Assembly (NCBI GenBank): GCA_943787795.1
Contig: CALSNU010000002.1
Coordinates: 96,001-160,000 of the forward strand
Direction: 5' to 3'
DNA from: an uncultured bacterium
Lineage (GTDB): Bacteria > Planctomycetota > UBA1135 > GCA-002686595
Length of the DNA: 64,000 bases
The translations under genes were made by a program, and so were the position numbers. Shown piece after piece: positions 7,886-18,750 of the stretch (the first letter of the stretch is position 1; the number at the start of each line of letters is the position of its first letter). The notes under the pieces were generated by a model. The model made no database searches and was not told the origin of the DNA. It saw only the letters and a program-made list of their open reading frames with translations.

Positions 7886-10333
7886 TCAGTTTCCGATGGG
7901 CGGGAAGACTCGCCCAGGATCCCGGTCGACCCAGATCGTCGGGACATCGTCGGTCCCCGCGGGCCCCGAGGGGTCATTCGGGTTCGAAGACCCCAGCGCC
8001 CAGATGGCGCCGGACTGCAGGACGCGGACCACGCTCCCCGACTCGAATGAGTCGTCGGCGCTCGCGCCGTCATCGATGAGGAAGCCGAGGAAGTTGTAGG
8101 CGCTGGAGAGGATCCCGGTGGTCCCGAACGCGAAGACGGCGAGGTCGGTGTGCCCCTCGGCGTTGTTCCGCTGGCCCGCAACGATGAGAGTCCCGTCGGG
8201 CCCGATCGCGAGGGACCTCAGGCTGGTGTCACGTCCAAAGTCGATCTCAGGATTATTGGTCGACCCATCGCGCAGCGTCACCACGCCGGTCCCGGAGGTC
8301 GGCGAGGAGAGGCTCCCCGCAAACGTGGTGTCGGGGTTGCCGTCGGGCAGGAGCCGCCAGAGCGCCGGCTGATCGCGGACCACCGCGCCGCCGAAGGCTC
8401 CGGTCAGGGAACCCGCGAGGACGAGATTCGAGGCGCCGTCGAGGCTGGCCTCGCCGCAGTAGGCGCCGTACGTCGCGCCGCCGAAGAAGCGCAGGGGCTC
8501 GACGGTCCCTCCCCCGAAGCCCGCGATAGCGCTGCCGGAGGTAGGGTCGAGGGCGAGGACCCGGATCCCGCCAGCGGCGTGCCCGATCACGTAGAAGCGA
8601 TCGTTCCCCGCCACGACGCCCGTGGCGCCCTCGTTCCCAACCTCCGGGATCGCCGGCGCGTACACGACGCCCGCCGCGCCAAAGCCCGGGTCGAGCGTCA
8701 GGTCCGGGAGCAGGCTCCACGTGGCGTAGCTCCGGGAGCCGATGCCCTGGAATCCCACGGCCACGAAGCCGCCGGAGGCCGCGGGTGCCAGGTCGAGGAC
8801 GGCCTGATCCGTGATCGAGGGGTTCGGAAGATCCACCCGAGTCGACCCGCTCCCATCGGACGCCACGCGCCACAGGGAGGCCTGAGAGAAGCCGCTGGAG
8901 GCGCTCGCGCGGGCCCAGCCACCGACGATGACGTCCCCCGTGGTCCCATCCACCGCCAGGGACGTGGCCCCGCTCACCGCGAAGGGAGGCACCTCGAGCA
9001 CCTGCACCCCCGAGACACCGAAGTCCGGGTCCAGCCGCCCGTCGGGGAGGTTGGAGCCGACCTCGGATGCGGGGCTCGCGCGGAACCGGGCGACGAACGC
9101 CGTCGAGGGGGTGCCGCACCCGGGCTCAAGGCAGTCGTCGGTCCGCCAGCCGCAGGCGAGGACCTCGCCGGAGGCCAGCTCCACCGCGTCCGCGATGAAC
9201 GCCCGCGCTCCCGCGCCGCCGAGCTCGGGGTGGTTCTTGATGTCGAGGAAGGCACAGCCCCCACCGAAGTACCTGGCGTCGAAGGTGAACTGGGCGTCCG
9301 CCGAGTTGTTCGGTTGCGGGAGCACAGAGATCCGCAGGCTGTTGATACCGCTCGTCTTCGGCGAGCAGTAGCTCAGGAAGTAGAAGCTGTTGGCGAGGTC
9401 TCGGACCTGCCCGCCGATCTGCTCGAAGGCCTCGGCGAGCTCACCGAACTCCGTGGCCGTGGCCGTCCCGTTGGGCCCGAGGGCCGCGAGCACCGCCGCG
9501 TCGTATTCCTGGCCCACGCCGATGGTGAACGCGGTGTGCTCGGTGCCCTCCGGGCTGACGCTCTCGATGGCGTCTGTGGCGTCCTGCAGGGTGACCGCCG
9601 GCCCCGCCTGGTGCGTCCCGTCCGTGAAGGTCACGAGGGTGAGGGACCGGTTCTCCACGCCGCTGTTGGCCGAGCTCGTGTCCACCTCATCCAGCGCGCT
9701 GATGCCGTCGACCACCGCCCCGTAGAGGTTCGTCGAGGTGCTGAACGGCGGCTCGTCGTTCAGAGCGTCCACGGCTGCGAGCAGGAGCTCGCGGTCGTTG
9801 GAGAACCCGAAGTCATAGCCGGAGATCTCGTGGATCATCGGCGAGCCGTCGAACCAGCTGACCTTGACGTAGTTCTCGGGCTCTGCCGTGACCGCCTCGA
9901 TGAACTGCCGCGCTCCCTCCTGCACCTCGGCCGCGCCGGCTGACTGGACGCTGTTGCTCCGGTCGAGGATCAGGTGCAGATAGGAGCGGAAGACCTGGGG
10001 CTGGGCCACCAGGCGCTGGGCGCTCTCCGTCTGGGAGACCAGCTGCTCGTTCTCGTAGACGTTGAAGTCGGACCCGATGAGATCCGCCGCGGGAGACCCG
10101 TCCCCCTCGGTGACCTTCAGGAAGACGCTCACCCTCCCGGGCAGGTCCACTCGCGCGTCTGGCGAGAGGGCCGTGACCGTCGCCGGAGTTCCAGCGCCGG
10201 GAGCCTGGCTCCCGCCGCCGCCCCCCCCGCATGCGGTGAGTGGCAGCAGGGCGAGAGCGCCCGCGACCAGCAGTCCGAGGGAGCGGGAGCGGCCGCGTTG
10301 GGCCAACTCAAGAGCGGTGTGGATCTTCGACAT
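7886..10333 (-). CDS. VWA-domain lipoprotein with delta-60-like beta-propeller repeats
   Basis: Lipobox LTAC; MIDAS LILDRSNSV..TNLYGAV..FTDG; repeats PDGRLDPDFG, TLDPGFGAAG, PDGNPDTTF. Confidence 0.75.
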   Translation of the reverse strand: MSKIHTALELAQRGRSRSLGLLVAGALALLPLTACGGGGGGSQAPGAGTPATVTALSPDARVDLPGRVSVFLKVTEGDGSPAADLIGSDFNVYENEQLVSQTESAQRLVAQPQVFRSYLHLILDRSNSVQSAGAAEVQEGARQFIEAVTAEPENYVKVSWFDGSPMIHEISGYDFGFSNDRELLLAAVDALNDEPPFSTSTNLYGAVVDGISALDEVDTSSANSGVENRSLTLVTFTDGTHQAGPAVTLQDATDAIESVSPEGTEHTAFTIGVGQEYDAAVLAALGPNGTATATEFGELAEAFEQIGGQVRDLANSFYFLSYCSPKTSGINSLRISVLPQPNNSADAQFTFDARYFGGGCAFLDIKNHPELGGAGARAFIADAVELASGEVLACGWRTDDCLEPGCGTPSTAFVARFRASPASEVGSNLPDGRLDPDFGVSGVQVLEVPPFAVSGATSLAVDGTTGDVIVGGWARASASSGFSQASLWRVASDGSGSTRVDLPNPSITDQAVLDLAPAASGGFVAVGFQGIGSRSYATWSLLPDLTLDPGFGAAGVVYAPAIPEVGNEGATGVVAGNDRFYVIGHAAGGIRVLALDPTSGSAIAGFGGGTVEPLRFFGGATYGAYCGEASLDGASNLVLAGSLTGAFGGAVVRDQPALWRLLPDGNPDTTFAGSLSSPTSGTGVVTLRDGSTNNPEIDFGRDTSLRSLAIGPDGTLIVAGQRNNAEGHTDLAVFAFGTTGILSSAYNFLGFLIDDGASADDSFESGSVVRVLQSGAIWALGSSNPNDPSGPAGTDDVPTIWVDRDPGRVFPPIGN

Positions 10334-10581
10334 GGTGGGGACTCCACGGAGCGCCGAGGACCCCCGCCCCGGCCCCGCGCGGGCTCCCAAGACTGTGGAG
10401 AAGTGCAGGGGGGAGACTCAAGGGAAGTCCCCCCAACGTGAGTGCATCCTTCGAGGTTGCTGCGCAGGGCGACCCGGCTCCCTGACCTCTCGGCTGCCGG
10501 GCCTCCCCTTCTGGATCCAGCCGCTCGGCCTGGACCCCGCGCGCCCGGGCCCTCGCTTTGGCCCTGGCAAGGACGCAGGCC

Positions 10582-11700
10582 CTAGCCCTGGCCCAGGGCC
10601 TCGCGCAGCGCCGCGAGGCAGAGCTTCACGTTGCGCTCGGTGGAGCCGGCGCCCATCAGGCCGACGCGCCAGGTGTTGCCCTTCATCGGGCCGAGCCCGC
10701 CGCCGATCTCCAGGCCATAGTGCTCCAGGAGGTGACCGCGGACCGCGGCGTCGTCGACCCCGTCCGGGATGGCGATGGTGGTCAGCGGCGAGAGCCGCTC
10801 GGCCTCCGGGACGCGGGCGCTGAGCCCCAGAGTCTCGAGGCCGGAGCAGAACATCTGCGAGTGGAGTCGGTGGCGCTCGATGCGTGCGTCGAGCCCCTCC
10901 TCAAGCACCAAGCGGAGCGCCTCATGGAGGCCATAGAGCATATTGATCGGAGCCGTGTGATGGTAGCTGCGCTCTTCGCCCCAGTAGCCCTGGATCAGAG
11001 AGAGGTCGAGGTACCAGGACTGCACCGGGGTCTTGCGCGCGCGCATCTTCTCCACTGCGCGCGCGGAGAAGGTGACCGGCGCGAGGCCGGGCGGACAGGA
11101 GAGGCACTTCTGCGTGCCCGAATACGCGGCGTCCACGCCCCATCCGTCGATCTCCACGGCATGGCCCGCGAGGGAGGTCACGCAGTCGATCAGGAGGAGC
11201 GCGCCGAGGTCGTCCGCGAGCTCACGAACGGGTGGAACCGGCTGCAGCACGCCGGTGGACGTCTCTGCGTGGACGACCGCCACCAGGTCGTAGCGGCCGT
11301 GCTGCGCGCCGGCGCGGAGCGCCTCGGCATCGAAGGCGCGGCCCCACTCTCCCTTCACCTCGGTCACCTCCGCGCCGCAGCGGCGCGCGACCTCCGCCAT
11401 CCGCGTGCCGAACACCCCGTTGACCCCCACGAGGACACGGTCCCCAGGCTCGAGGAGGTTGACCATGCAGGTCTCCATCCCCGCCGATCCGGTCCCCGAC
11501 ATGGGCATGGTCAGCTCGTTCTCCGTGCGAAACACCGCCCGGAGCATCTGCCTGAGCTCATCCATCACCTCCAGGAAGCGAGGGTCGAGGTGGCCGAGCG
11601 TCGGGCGGGCCATCGCCGCCAGGACCGCGTCGTCCACATCAGAGGGTCCAGGCCCCATGAGGACGCGGCGGGGAGGTGTGAGGGCGCTGGGTACTCGCAT
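10582..11700 (-). CDS. Alanine--glyoxylate / serine--pyruvate aminotransferase (class V PLP)
   Basis: [62 protein letters not shown]. Confidence 0.93.
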   Translation of the reverse strand: MRVPSALTPPRRVLMGPGPSDVDDAVLAAMARPTLGHLDPRFLEVMDELRQMLRAVFRTENELTMPMSGTGSAGMETCMVNLLEPGDRVLVGVNGVFGTRMAEVARRCGAEVTEVKGEWGRAFDAEALRAGAQHGRYDLVAVVHAETSTGVLQPVPPVRELADDLGALLLIDCVTSLAGHAVEIDGWGVDAAYSGTQKCLSCPPGLAPVTFSARAVEKMRARKTPVQSWYLDLSLIQGYWGEERSYHHTAPINMLYGLHEALRLVLEEGLDARIERHRLHSQMFCSGLETLGLSARVPEAERLSPLTTIAIPDGVDDAAVRGHLLEHYGLEIGGGLGPMKGNTWRVGLMGAGSTERNVKLCLAALREALGQG

Positions 11701-12003
11701 GGGCGTCTTTGACTCGGGGTCCGATGAGCGGGTCCGCCATCTTCGGTCAACGAACGCCGCCGTCCAGAGTCGGCGCTCAGTTCCGCCTTCCGAACGGCGA
11801 AGCGGCGAGCCCGCAGGCCCCTCCTCAGGACCGGGACGTAAGGCGAGCGGCCCCCGATTCAGCCCGCCTGGCTCGTCTCGGGACGATGCACACACCCCTC
11901 TACGGTGTCGCCACTGGCGGTCCCTTCGCGCTCCCCGCAGAAGTTCGATAGCCTCGATGCAGCGGCGAGCCGGCCGCGCCCAGAACCCCTTCCCCGAATT
12001 CAA

Positions 12004-13074
12004 ATGAACCGTCTGCTCTACGGACTCGCTGCCGCGATCGCCACAGGTGGCGTCACCCTTGCCCAGCAACCCTCCATCTACGTCGATATCGGCAGCGTTT
12101 CTGGGGGAGCAGGCACCCCTGCCACCACCTTCGGGGCCGCCGCGTCCGTCGGCGGATTCTGGAACGATCTCGACCTCGACTTCGTCGCTGGACCGGTCCT
12201 CGTGAGCCCGCCGCTCAACGACATCAGCAGCAGCCCAACCGCCGTGACGCTGACCTGGGACGGGCTCGGTACGGACCCGCTGCCGCTCTTCTTCGACGAG
12301 CTGTGCACGACAGGCGACGACCAGGCGCTCATGGACGACTGCGGGTACATCGGCGGCTCCAGTCAGTTCCGCTTTGACGGCCTGCCCGGCGGGACCTACA
12401 CGGTCCTGACCTACGCCATGGCCCCGGACAGCGCGGCCTTCCTCACCAACGTCAACGTCCCGGGATCTCTCGACCCGGCGCAGGACGTGGGCGGCGACTT
12501 CTGCCTCGGCTACGCCCTGGGAATCACGCACTCACAGCACACGGTGACCGTGGGTGTGGGCCAGCCCCTGGTGATCGACGTCTCCGTCACCGCCTCGTTC
12601 GATAGCCTGAATGGCATCCAGATCTTCCCGGGTACAGGCCCGAGCTTCGGGACGAGCTACTGCGGACCGGCGGTGACGAACTCGTCGGGTGCGCCCGCGG
12701 TGATCAGCGTCACCGGGACGCCGCTCGTCTCGCTGAACGACTTCAACCTCGTCTGCAGCTCTATGCCCTCGAACTCCTTCGGCTTCTTCCTGGTCAGCCA
12801 GTCCCAGGGCTTCGTCGCCAACCCGGGTGGCAGCCAGGGCAACCTCTGCCTGGGCGGGGCCATCGGCCGCTACGTCGGCCCCGGGCAGATCCTCAACTCG
12901 GGATCAGCAGGCACCATCACCCTCCCCGCGGACCTGACCATGATTCCCAGCCCCACAGGGTTCATCGCCGCGGCGCCCGGTGACGTGTTCAACTTCACCA
13001 CCTGGTTCCGGGACTCGTCCATGGGCGTGGCGACCTCGAACTTCGCCCAGGGCGTCGAGGTGACGTTCCAGTAG
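12004..13074 (+). CDS. Secreted protein with conserved ~140-aa C-terminal domain
   Basis: Signal peptide [22 protein letters not shown]-terminal domain nearly identical to that of 53866-54960. Confidence 0.85.
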   Translation: MNRLLYGLAAAIATGGVTLAQQPSIYVDIGSVSGGAGTPATTFGAAASVGGFWNDLDLDFVAGPVLVSPPLNDISSSPTAVTLTWDGLGTDPLPLFFDELCTTGDDQALMDDCGYIGGSSQFRFDGLPGGTYTVLTYAMAPDSAAFLTNVNVPGSLDPAQDVGGDFCLGYALGITHSQHTVTVGVGQPLVIDVSVTASFDSLNGIQIFPGTGPSFGTSYCGPAVTNSSGAPAVISVTGTPLVSLNDFNLVCSSMPSNSFGFFLVSQSQGFVANPGGSQGNLCLGGAIGRYVGPGQILNSGSAGTITLPADLTMIPSPTGFIAAAPGDVFNFTTWFRDSSMGVATSNFAQGVEVTFQ

Positions 13075-13137
13075 AGCCCGACGTGAGGGAGCGAAGAGCC
13101 CCTCATCCTGGCCCTGCGGGATCGCCCGTAGACGAAC

Positions 13138-13175
13138 GAAGGAGGCCCCGCAGCGAATGCTGCGGGGCCTCCTTC
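13138..13175. terminator. Bidirectional hairpin terminator between convergent genes
   Basis: GAAGGAGGCCCCGCAGC-GAAT-GCTGCGGGGCCTCCTTC, perfect 17-bp stem. Confidence 0.8.
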
Positions 13176-13207
13176 TCGATGGGGCGCCGCGAACGGCGCC
13201 GCGGGCA

Positions 13208-13552
13208 TCAGAGCGTCGCCGAGAAGCGCGTGCCCTCGAAGGCGGCGATCAGCGCCTTCGGCTCAACGTTCGCTCCTGCGCAATCGACCGTCGCGGTCTT
13301 CTTGTCGTAGTCCACCACGACATCGGACTCTTCGATTCCGTCGAGCTCAGCAAGTGCAGACCGCACTTGCGGGGGGCAGCCCGCGCCTCATGTCATGCCC
13401 GTGAGCCGGAGCGTCACGGTCTGGGCTTTGGCGACGCCCATGCCGGCGGCGTTGCCGTCGGCCGGGGCGTTGGTCGTGTCGATTTCGGTGGTCTCGGCCG
13501 TGCAGGCCACAAGGCCAAGCGCGAGCGCCGCGGGAAGTAGGGTCTTGAACAT
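13208..13552 (-). CDS. HMA (MerP/CopZ-like) metal-binding lipoprotein, putative selenoprotein (TGA at codon 55 read as Sec); absent from the ORF track
   Basis: MFKTLLPAALALGLVAC..QTVTLRLTGMT*GAGCPPQVRSALAELDGIEESDVVVDYDKKTATVDCAGANVEPKALIAAFEGTRFSATL; TGA at 13390-13388 sits at the Cys of GMTC and HMA similarity continues in frame after it. Confidence 0.85.
13350..13370 (-). promoter_or_regulatory. Putative bacterial SECIS element
   Basis: mRNA GCAAGUGC-GGUCU-GCACUUGC, perfect 8-bp stem starting 17 nt after the UGA; G-containing loop; GGUCUGCAC resembles the E. coli fdhF SECIS apical sequence. Confidence 0.8.
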
Positions 13553-13667
13553 GTTGATCTGGGTGATGGTGAGGGGACCACACTAGTGTAGCTCAAGTCC
13601 GCCGGACCCCACATGCCGGCAAGAGCGCGCCTGCCCCCCCCTGCCTGGTCTCCCTGAGCCGTCCCGC

Positions 13668-14342
13668 ATGATGCCCCGCGACCTGGAAGGCCGGATCCTG
13701 CTCGAAGCGGGAACTGTCCTCGTCATCGACAAGCCCCCCGGCCTCCCGTCCACTGGCCGAAGCCTGGACGATGACGATTGCCTCCAGCACGCGGTGATCC
13801 AGCGCGCCGGAGGCATGGTCTGGGCCATCCACCAGCTCGACGCCGACACGAGCGGCGTCAACGTGTTCACCACGGAGCGGCGCCATGTCGCCGCCCTGAA
13901 GGGGGCGCTGTCCGCGCCCTCGGCTCGAAAGCACTACCTCGCCATGGTCCACGGGTGTCCCCCTTGGGAGACCCGGATCGTCACCGACCCCATCGGGATG
14001 GTGGACGGCACCAGCCTGGGGGTCACCGCCCATGGACGCTCGGCCCACACGGAGTTCGAGGTCCTCGATCGGGGCCCGGAACATTCCCTGCTGCGCGTCA
14101 GGATCCTGACCGGGAGGACCCACCAGATCCGGATCCACGCCGCGCACCTGGGCCATCCGCTGGTTGGAGAGGAGTGGTATCGCTCTCCTCCGTGCGCGGC
14201 GCACCCCCGCCAGGCCCTCCACGCGAGCCGGCTCGCCCTTGAGGGAGACCTCCGCCTCGACGTGGCGGCGCCTATCCCCGACGATCTCAGAGAGCTCGCC
14301 AATGGGCTCGGCCTCTGCCTCGACCGCGCCACGCCCTACTGA
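13668..14342 (+). CDS. RluA-family RNA pseudouridine synthase
   Basis: VIDKPPGL, HQLDADTSG, KHYLAMVHG, TGRTHQIRIH..LGHPLVG, RQALHA. Confidence 0.92.
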   Translation: MMPRDLEGRILLEAGTVLVIDKPPGLPSTGRSLDDDDCLQHAVIQRAGGMVWAIHQLDADTSGVNVFTTERRHVAALKGALSAPSARKHYLAMVHGCPPWETRIVTDPIGMVDGTSLGVTAHGRSAHTEFEVLDRGPEHSLLRVRILTGRTHQIRIHAAHLGHPLVGEEWYRSPPCAAHPRQALHASRLALEGDLRLDVAAPIPDDLRELANGLGLCLDRATPY

Positions 14343-14418
14343 CCCCCCGGGCCCCGCATCGCTCCAAGCACGCCGGACGAACGCCCGCCCGCAACGCGTC
14401 CGCGCCCCCTCCAGTCCC

Positions 14419-15651
14419 ATGAATCAGCAACCCCGACACCGAGCCGCCGCGCTCATCGCCCTCTCCCTCGCGGCGAGCTGCGCGCCAGAGTCCCCGCAGA
14501 GCGCGAGCGCCGCAGGGGCCGGAGCTGAGCGGGCCGCCCCCGTCGAGGTCGCTGACATCGAGATCGGACCCCTGACCGAGCGGCGCGTGTTCACCGGAAC
14601 CCTCGAGGCCTCGGCAGAGGTCGTGGTCGCACCGCGCGTCGCCGGCAACGTCGAGCGCCTCTCCGTGGACATCGGCGACCCCGTCGAGAACGGCCAGGTC
14701 ATCGCGTGGATCGACGACGATGAGCTGGTGCAGGCCGTGGCCCAGGCGGAGGCGGATCAGGCCGTCGGTCGGGCCACCCTTGAAGAGGCCGAGGCCTCAG
14801 CGAATCTGGCCAAGCGGGTCCTCGCGCGCCAGGCGCAACTCCAGCAGGAGGGCATCGCGTCCTCGGCCGAGTTGGAGAGCGCCGAGGCCGCCGACGCCGC
14901 CAGCCGAGCCATGGTCGCCGTCGCGAAGGCCAGGGTCGTACGGAGCGAGGCCTCCCTTGAGACCGCGCGCGTGCGCCTGGGACAGACACGGATCGTGGCC
15001 GAGTGGGAGGCGCCCGCCGCTTCGATCCACAAGGACCGCCCCGCCGGCGACGGCTCGGGGGCGCCCGCCGGCCCGTCCAGGTACATCGCCGAGCGCTTCG
15101 TCGACGTGGGCTCTATCGTCAACTCGAGCACGCCGATCCTCTCGCTCGTCGCGCTCGACCCCATCGTCGCCGTGATCTTTGTCCCCGAGCGCGACTTCTC
15201 GAGGCTCGCCGTGGACCAGCGAGCGAGCTTCACGACCGACGCTTATCCGGGCCAGTCATTCGAGGGGCGCGTGGCGCGCATCGCGCCCGTCTTTCGACGG
15301 AGCACCCGGCAGGTCCGCGTCGAGCTCGAGGTCGACAACGCCGACCTGCGGCTCCGACCCGGCATGTTCGTCCGCGCCACGCTCGAGCTTGATCACGCAG
15401 AAGACGCGACCATCGTGCCCGTGGACGCCCTGACGGCGCGCGACGGCATCGAGGGCGTCTTCGTCCTCCCGCTCGGCGCGAAGACCGTCCGATGGGCCCC
15501 GGTCCAACGCGGCTTGCAGGAGGACGCCAGGGTCCAGGTCTTCGGCGACGGGCTCTCCGGCGGGGTCGTGGTCCTTGGGCAGGAGCTCTGCGATGACGGC
15601 AGCGAGGTGAGCGTGTTTGACGCCGGGCCCAACGCCAACGGCGGGCGATGA
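14419..15651 (+). CDS. RND efflux periplasmic adaptor (membrane fusion protein)
   Basis: Lipobox-like LAASC; lipoyl half-motifs [20 protein letters not shown]; coiled hairpin; LRPGMFV; stop overlaps the RND start (ATGA). Confidence 0.92.
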   Translation: MNQQPRHRAAALIALSLAASCAPESPQSASAAGAGAERAAPVEVADIEIGPLTERRVFTGTLEASAEVVVAPRVAGNVERLSVDIGDPVENGQVIAWIDDDELVQAVAQAEADQAVGRATLEEAEASANLAKRVLARQAQLQQEGIASSAELESAEAADAASRAMVAVAKARVVRSEASLETARVRLGQTRIVAEWEAPAASIHKDRPAGDGSGAPAGPSRYIAERFVDVGSIVNSSTPILSLVALDPIVAVIFVPERDFSRLAVDQRASFTTDAYPGQSFEGRVARIAPVFRRSTRQVRVELEVDNADLRLRPGMFVRATLELDHAEDATIVPVDALTARDGIEGVFVLPLGAKTVRWAPVQRGLQEDARVQVFGDGLSGGVVVLGQELCDDGSEVSVFDAGPNANGGR

Positions 15652-18600
15652 GCCTCCCCGCCGCCAGCGTCCGGCGCCCGGTCTTCGCGACCATGGTGTC
15701 GCTCATGGTCGTGGCCCTCGGCGTCTTCGCCCTGGGCCGCCTGAGGATCGACCTCCTGCCCGAGGTGGAGATGCCCTCGTGCACGATCCGGACCACATAC
15801 GAGGGCGCGAGCCCAGAGGTGGTCGAGCGCCTCGTCACGCAGATCATCGAGGAGGTGGCCGCCACGGTCCCCGGGGTGGAGGAGATCGAGTCCACGTCCC
15901 TGGAGGGGTCGAGCCGCGTCACGGTCCGCTTCGGGTATGGCGTCAACGTCGACGCCGCGGCCATCGACCTGCAGGCCCGCGTGGACCAGGAGGTGGACGA
16001 GCTTCCCGACGAGGTGACCCGCCCCCGGGTCCAGAAGTTCGACATCGGCAGCTTCCCCATCGTGATCCTGGGGGTCAGCAGCAAGCTCGACCCCGTGGCC
16101 CTGACCCAGCTGGTGGAGGACCAGATCCGCTTCCGCTTCTCGCGGATCCCCGGCGTGGCCCAGGTGGACCCCTGGGGCAGCTTCACGCGCGAGGTCCGGG
16201 TCGAGCTCGACCCCCAACGACTCAACGCCCTGGGAATCCCCCTCGACCGCGTGCTCACCGCGCTGCGGGAGGCCAACCTGGACCGCCCGGCCGGCCAGCT
16301 GGAGGAGGGTCGCTACGAGGTGACCCTGCGGGCGCCAGCGGAGTTCCAGACCCTGGACGAGATCCGAGACACGGTGATCCTCGAGCGCGGCGACGGCGCC
16401 GTCACCGTCGGTCAGATCGCCGTGGTGAAGGACACCTACGAGAAGCTTGATCGCTACGTCCGCGTGGACGGCGACCTCGGGCTCAGGGTGGCGATCCGGA
16501 AGCAGTCCGACGCCAACACCGTCGAGGTCGCCAAGGCCATCCTCGAGGAGGTGGAGCGCGTCAATGTGGCTTACCCCCAGCTCAACGTCGTCGTCACCTC
16601 CAACCAGGGCGACTTCATCCGCCGCTCCATCGACAACGTGGCGAGCTCGGTCCTCTACGGGAGCGCGTTCGCGATCCTCGTGCTGCTCTTCTTCCTCCGG
16701 AGTCTGCGCAGCACCCTCGTCATCGCGGCGTCGATCCCGATCTCCATGGTGGCGACCTTCGCCCTCCTCGAGCTCGGCGGGCTGACCCTCAACCTCATGA
16801 CCCTCGGGGGCCTCGCTCTCGGCGTCGGCATGATGGTGGACAGCTCGGTGGTCGTCCTGGAGAACATCTTCCGCCGGCGCAGCGAGTATGGAGAGGACGC
16901 CGTGACCGCCTCGGTCACCGGCGCCGAGGAGGTGGCCAGCGCCATCCTCGCGAGCACGATCACGACCCTGGTCATCTTCCTCCCCCTCGCCTTCATCGAG
17001 GGCGTGGCCGGCGCGCTGTTCGGCGAGCTGGCCCTCGTCGTCGTCTTCAGCCTGATCTGCTCGCTGCTCGTCTCCCTGAGCCTCGTCCCCGTCCTCGCCT
17101 CCAGGCTCCTCGCGCGGCCGAGCTCCCAGGGCTCCTTCGCTGCCTTCGCCGAGCGCGGGTTCCAACGCCTCGATAGCGCCTACGCTGGGCTCCTACGACG
17201 CGCCGTCCGCCGGCCCCTCGTGGTGGTCGCCCTGTCCGGCGCGGCGCTCGGTGCCAGCCTGCTCCTCTACCCCCTCATCGGGACCGAGTACCTGCCCCCC
17301 AGCGACGAGGGCGAGGTGCGAGTCACCGGGGAGATGGCCGTGGGCACCCGGCTCGACCTCGTGGACCGCCAGACCCGCCGGATGACAGCGCTGGCCATGC
17401 CGCTGGTTCCCGAGCTTGTGTCCAGCGTGGTCTCCGTCGGACCCGGCTGGCGCGGCACCGTCTCGGCCCAGGGAGACATCCAGATGTCTCTCGTCCCCGC
17501 GCGGGAGCGCACTCGGTCCAACGCCGAGATCGCGGACGCCCTTCGAGCCGCCCTCTCGGGGCAAGTCGCCGGCATGTCGATCCGGACCCGCGCACCCGAG
17601 GGGCAGTTTCTCTTGCAGCGCGTGCTCGGGAGCGAGGGCGGCGTGGAGATCGAGGTCCGCGGCCCTGACCTTGACGTCCTCGAAGGCCTCGCGGCCCACG
17701 CCGCGCGCATCGCCGAGGAGACGCCCGGCGTGACCGACGTCACGGTCAGCCGGCGCGCCGGGACGCCCCAGCAGGAGATCCTCGTGGACCGGGGCAAGGT
17801 GGCCGACGTCGGGCTCTCCGTCCGCGACGTGGCGCGGGTCCTGGAGGTGGGCTTCGCCGGCGCTCGAGCGGGCGAGTTCCGCGCGGACGGTAACTCGTAT
17901 CGGATCCTCGTCCAGCTGGAGGACGCCGAGCGACGCTCCATCGACGAGGTGCTGGACATGACCCTGAGCACCCCGGGGGGCGACGCGGTCGCCTTGCGGA
18001 ACCTCGTCGACGCCAAGCCGAGCCGCGGCCCCCTCGTGATCGAGCGCAAGGACCAGCAGCGCGTGGTCACGGTCTCCGCCAATGTCGCAGGCCGGCCCGA
18101 AGGGTCCGTGGCCCGAGACCTGCAAGCCGAGCTCACCGCGCTTCCGCGGCCCCGGGGGCACGCGGTCGAGGTGGCGGGCACGTTCGAAGAACAGGAGAAG
18201 GCGACGCGCGAACTCGTGCTGTCGTTCCTGCTGGCCATCGCCCTGGTCTACATGGTGCTCGCCTGCCAGTACGAGTCCCTGCGCGACCCCCTGGTGGTCA
18301 TGCTCTCGGTCCCCTTCGCGGCCATCGGCGTCCTGGTGACGCTGCACCTCACCGGTACGACCCTCAACATCCAGAGCGCCATTGGCTGCATCGTCCTGGG
18401 CGGGGTTGTGGTGAACAACGCCATCCTCCTGGTCGATCAGGCCGGGCGCCTGGTCCAGGACGGCACCCCCGTGCGCGAGGCGGTGGCCGAGGCCGGCCGT
18501 CGCCGCCTCCGACCGATCCTGATGACGACGCTCACCACGGTCCTGGCGCTCCTCCCCCTGGCCTTCGGGATCGGGGAGGGCGCCGACGCCCAGGCGCCCC

Positions 18601-18710
18601 TGGCGCGCGCCGTGGTCGGCGGACTGGTCGGGTCGACCCTGATCACCCTCTTGCTCATCCCGGCCGCCTACACCCTCGTCCGACGCTCCGAGGCCCCCGA
18701 GCCCGCCTGA
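15648..18710 (+). CDS. RND efflux transporter permease (AcrB/AcrD/AcrF family)
   Basis: SVRRPV start; [39 protein letters not shown]; 1020 aa. Confidence 0.96.
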   Translation: MSLPAASVRRPVFATMVSLMVVALGVFALGRLRIDLLPEVEMPSCTIRTTYEGASPEVVERLVTQIIEEVAATVPGVEEIESTSLEGSSRVTVRFGYGVNVDAAAIDLQARVDQEVDELPDEVTRPRVQKFDIGSFPIVILGVSSKLDPVALTQLVEDQIRFRFSRIPGVAQVDPWGSFTREVRVELDPQRLNALGIPLDRVLTALREANLDRPAGQLEEGRYEVTLRAPAEFQTLDEIRDTVILERGDGAVTVGQIAVVKDTYEKLDRYVRVDGDLGLRVAIRKQSDANTVEVAKAILEEVERVNVAYPQLNVVVTSNQGDFIRRSIDNVASSVLYGSAFAILVLLFFLRSLRSTLVIAASIPISMVATFALLELGGLTLNLMTLGGLALGVGMMVDSSVVVLENIFRRRSEYGEDAVTASVTGAEEVASAILASTITTLVIFLPLAFIEGVAGALFGELALVVVFSLICSLLVSLSLVPVLASRLLARPSSQGSFAAFAERGFQRLDSAYAGLLRRAVRRPLVVVALSGAALGASLLLYPLIGTEYLPPSDEGEVRVTGEMAVGTRLDLVDRQTRRMTALAMPLVPELVSSVVSVGPGWRGTVSAQGDIQMSLVPARERTRSNAEIADALRAALSGQVAGMSIRTRAPEGQFLLQRVLGSEGGVEIEVRGPDLDVLEGLAAHAARIAEETPGVTDVTVSRRAGTPQQEILVDRGKVADVGLSVRDVARVLEVGFAGARAGEFRADGNSYRILVQLEDAERRSIDEVLDMTLSTPGGDAVALRNLVDAKPSRGPLVIERKDQQRVVTVSANVAGRPEGSVARDLQAELTALPRPRGHAVEVAGTFEEQEKATRELVLSFLLAIALVYMVLACQYESLRDPLVVMLSVPFAAIGVLVTLHLTGTTLNIQSAIGCIVLGGVVVNNAILLVDQAGRLVQDGTPVREAVAEAGRRRLRPILMTTLTTVLALLPLAFGIGEGADAQAPLARAVVGGLVGSTLITLLLIPAAYTLVRRSEAPEPA

Positions 18711-18750
18711 GGCGGCACGGTGCTCGGGAGCACGCGTCGTATCGGTCCCG

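Noticed and set aside
11701..12531. Apparent N-terminal extension of the aminotransferase (649-aa ORF)
   Set aside because: Overlaps the divergent gene at 12004; family similarity begins at M 11700.
13388..13552. Reading the HMA gene as a simple nonsense pseudogene
   Set aside because: The stop is TGA at the Cys position with a well-placed SECIS-like hairpin and an intact downstream frame. It stays a fallback only if sel genes are absent.
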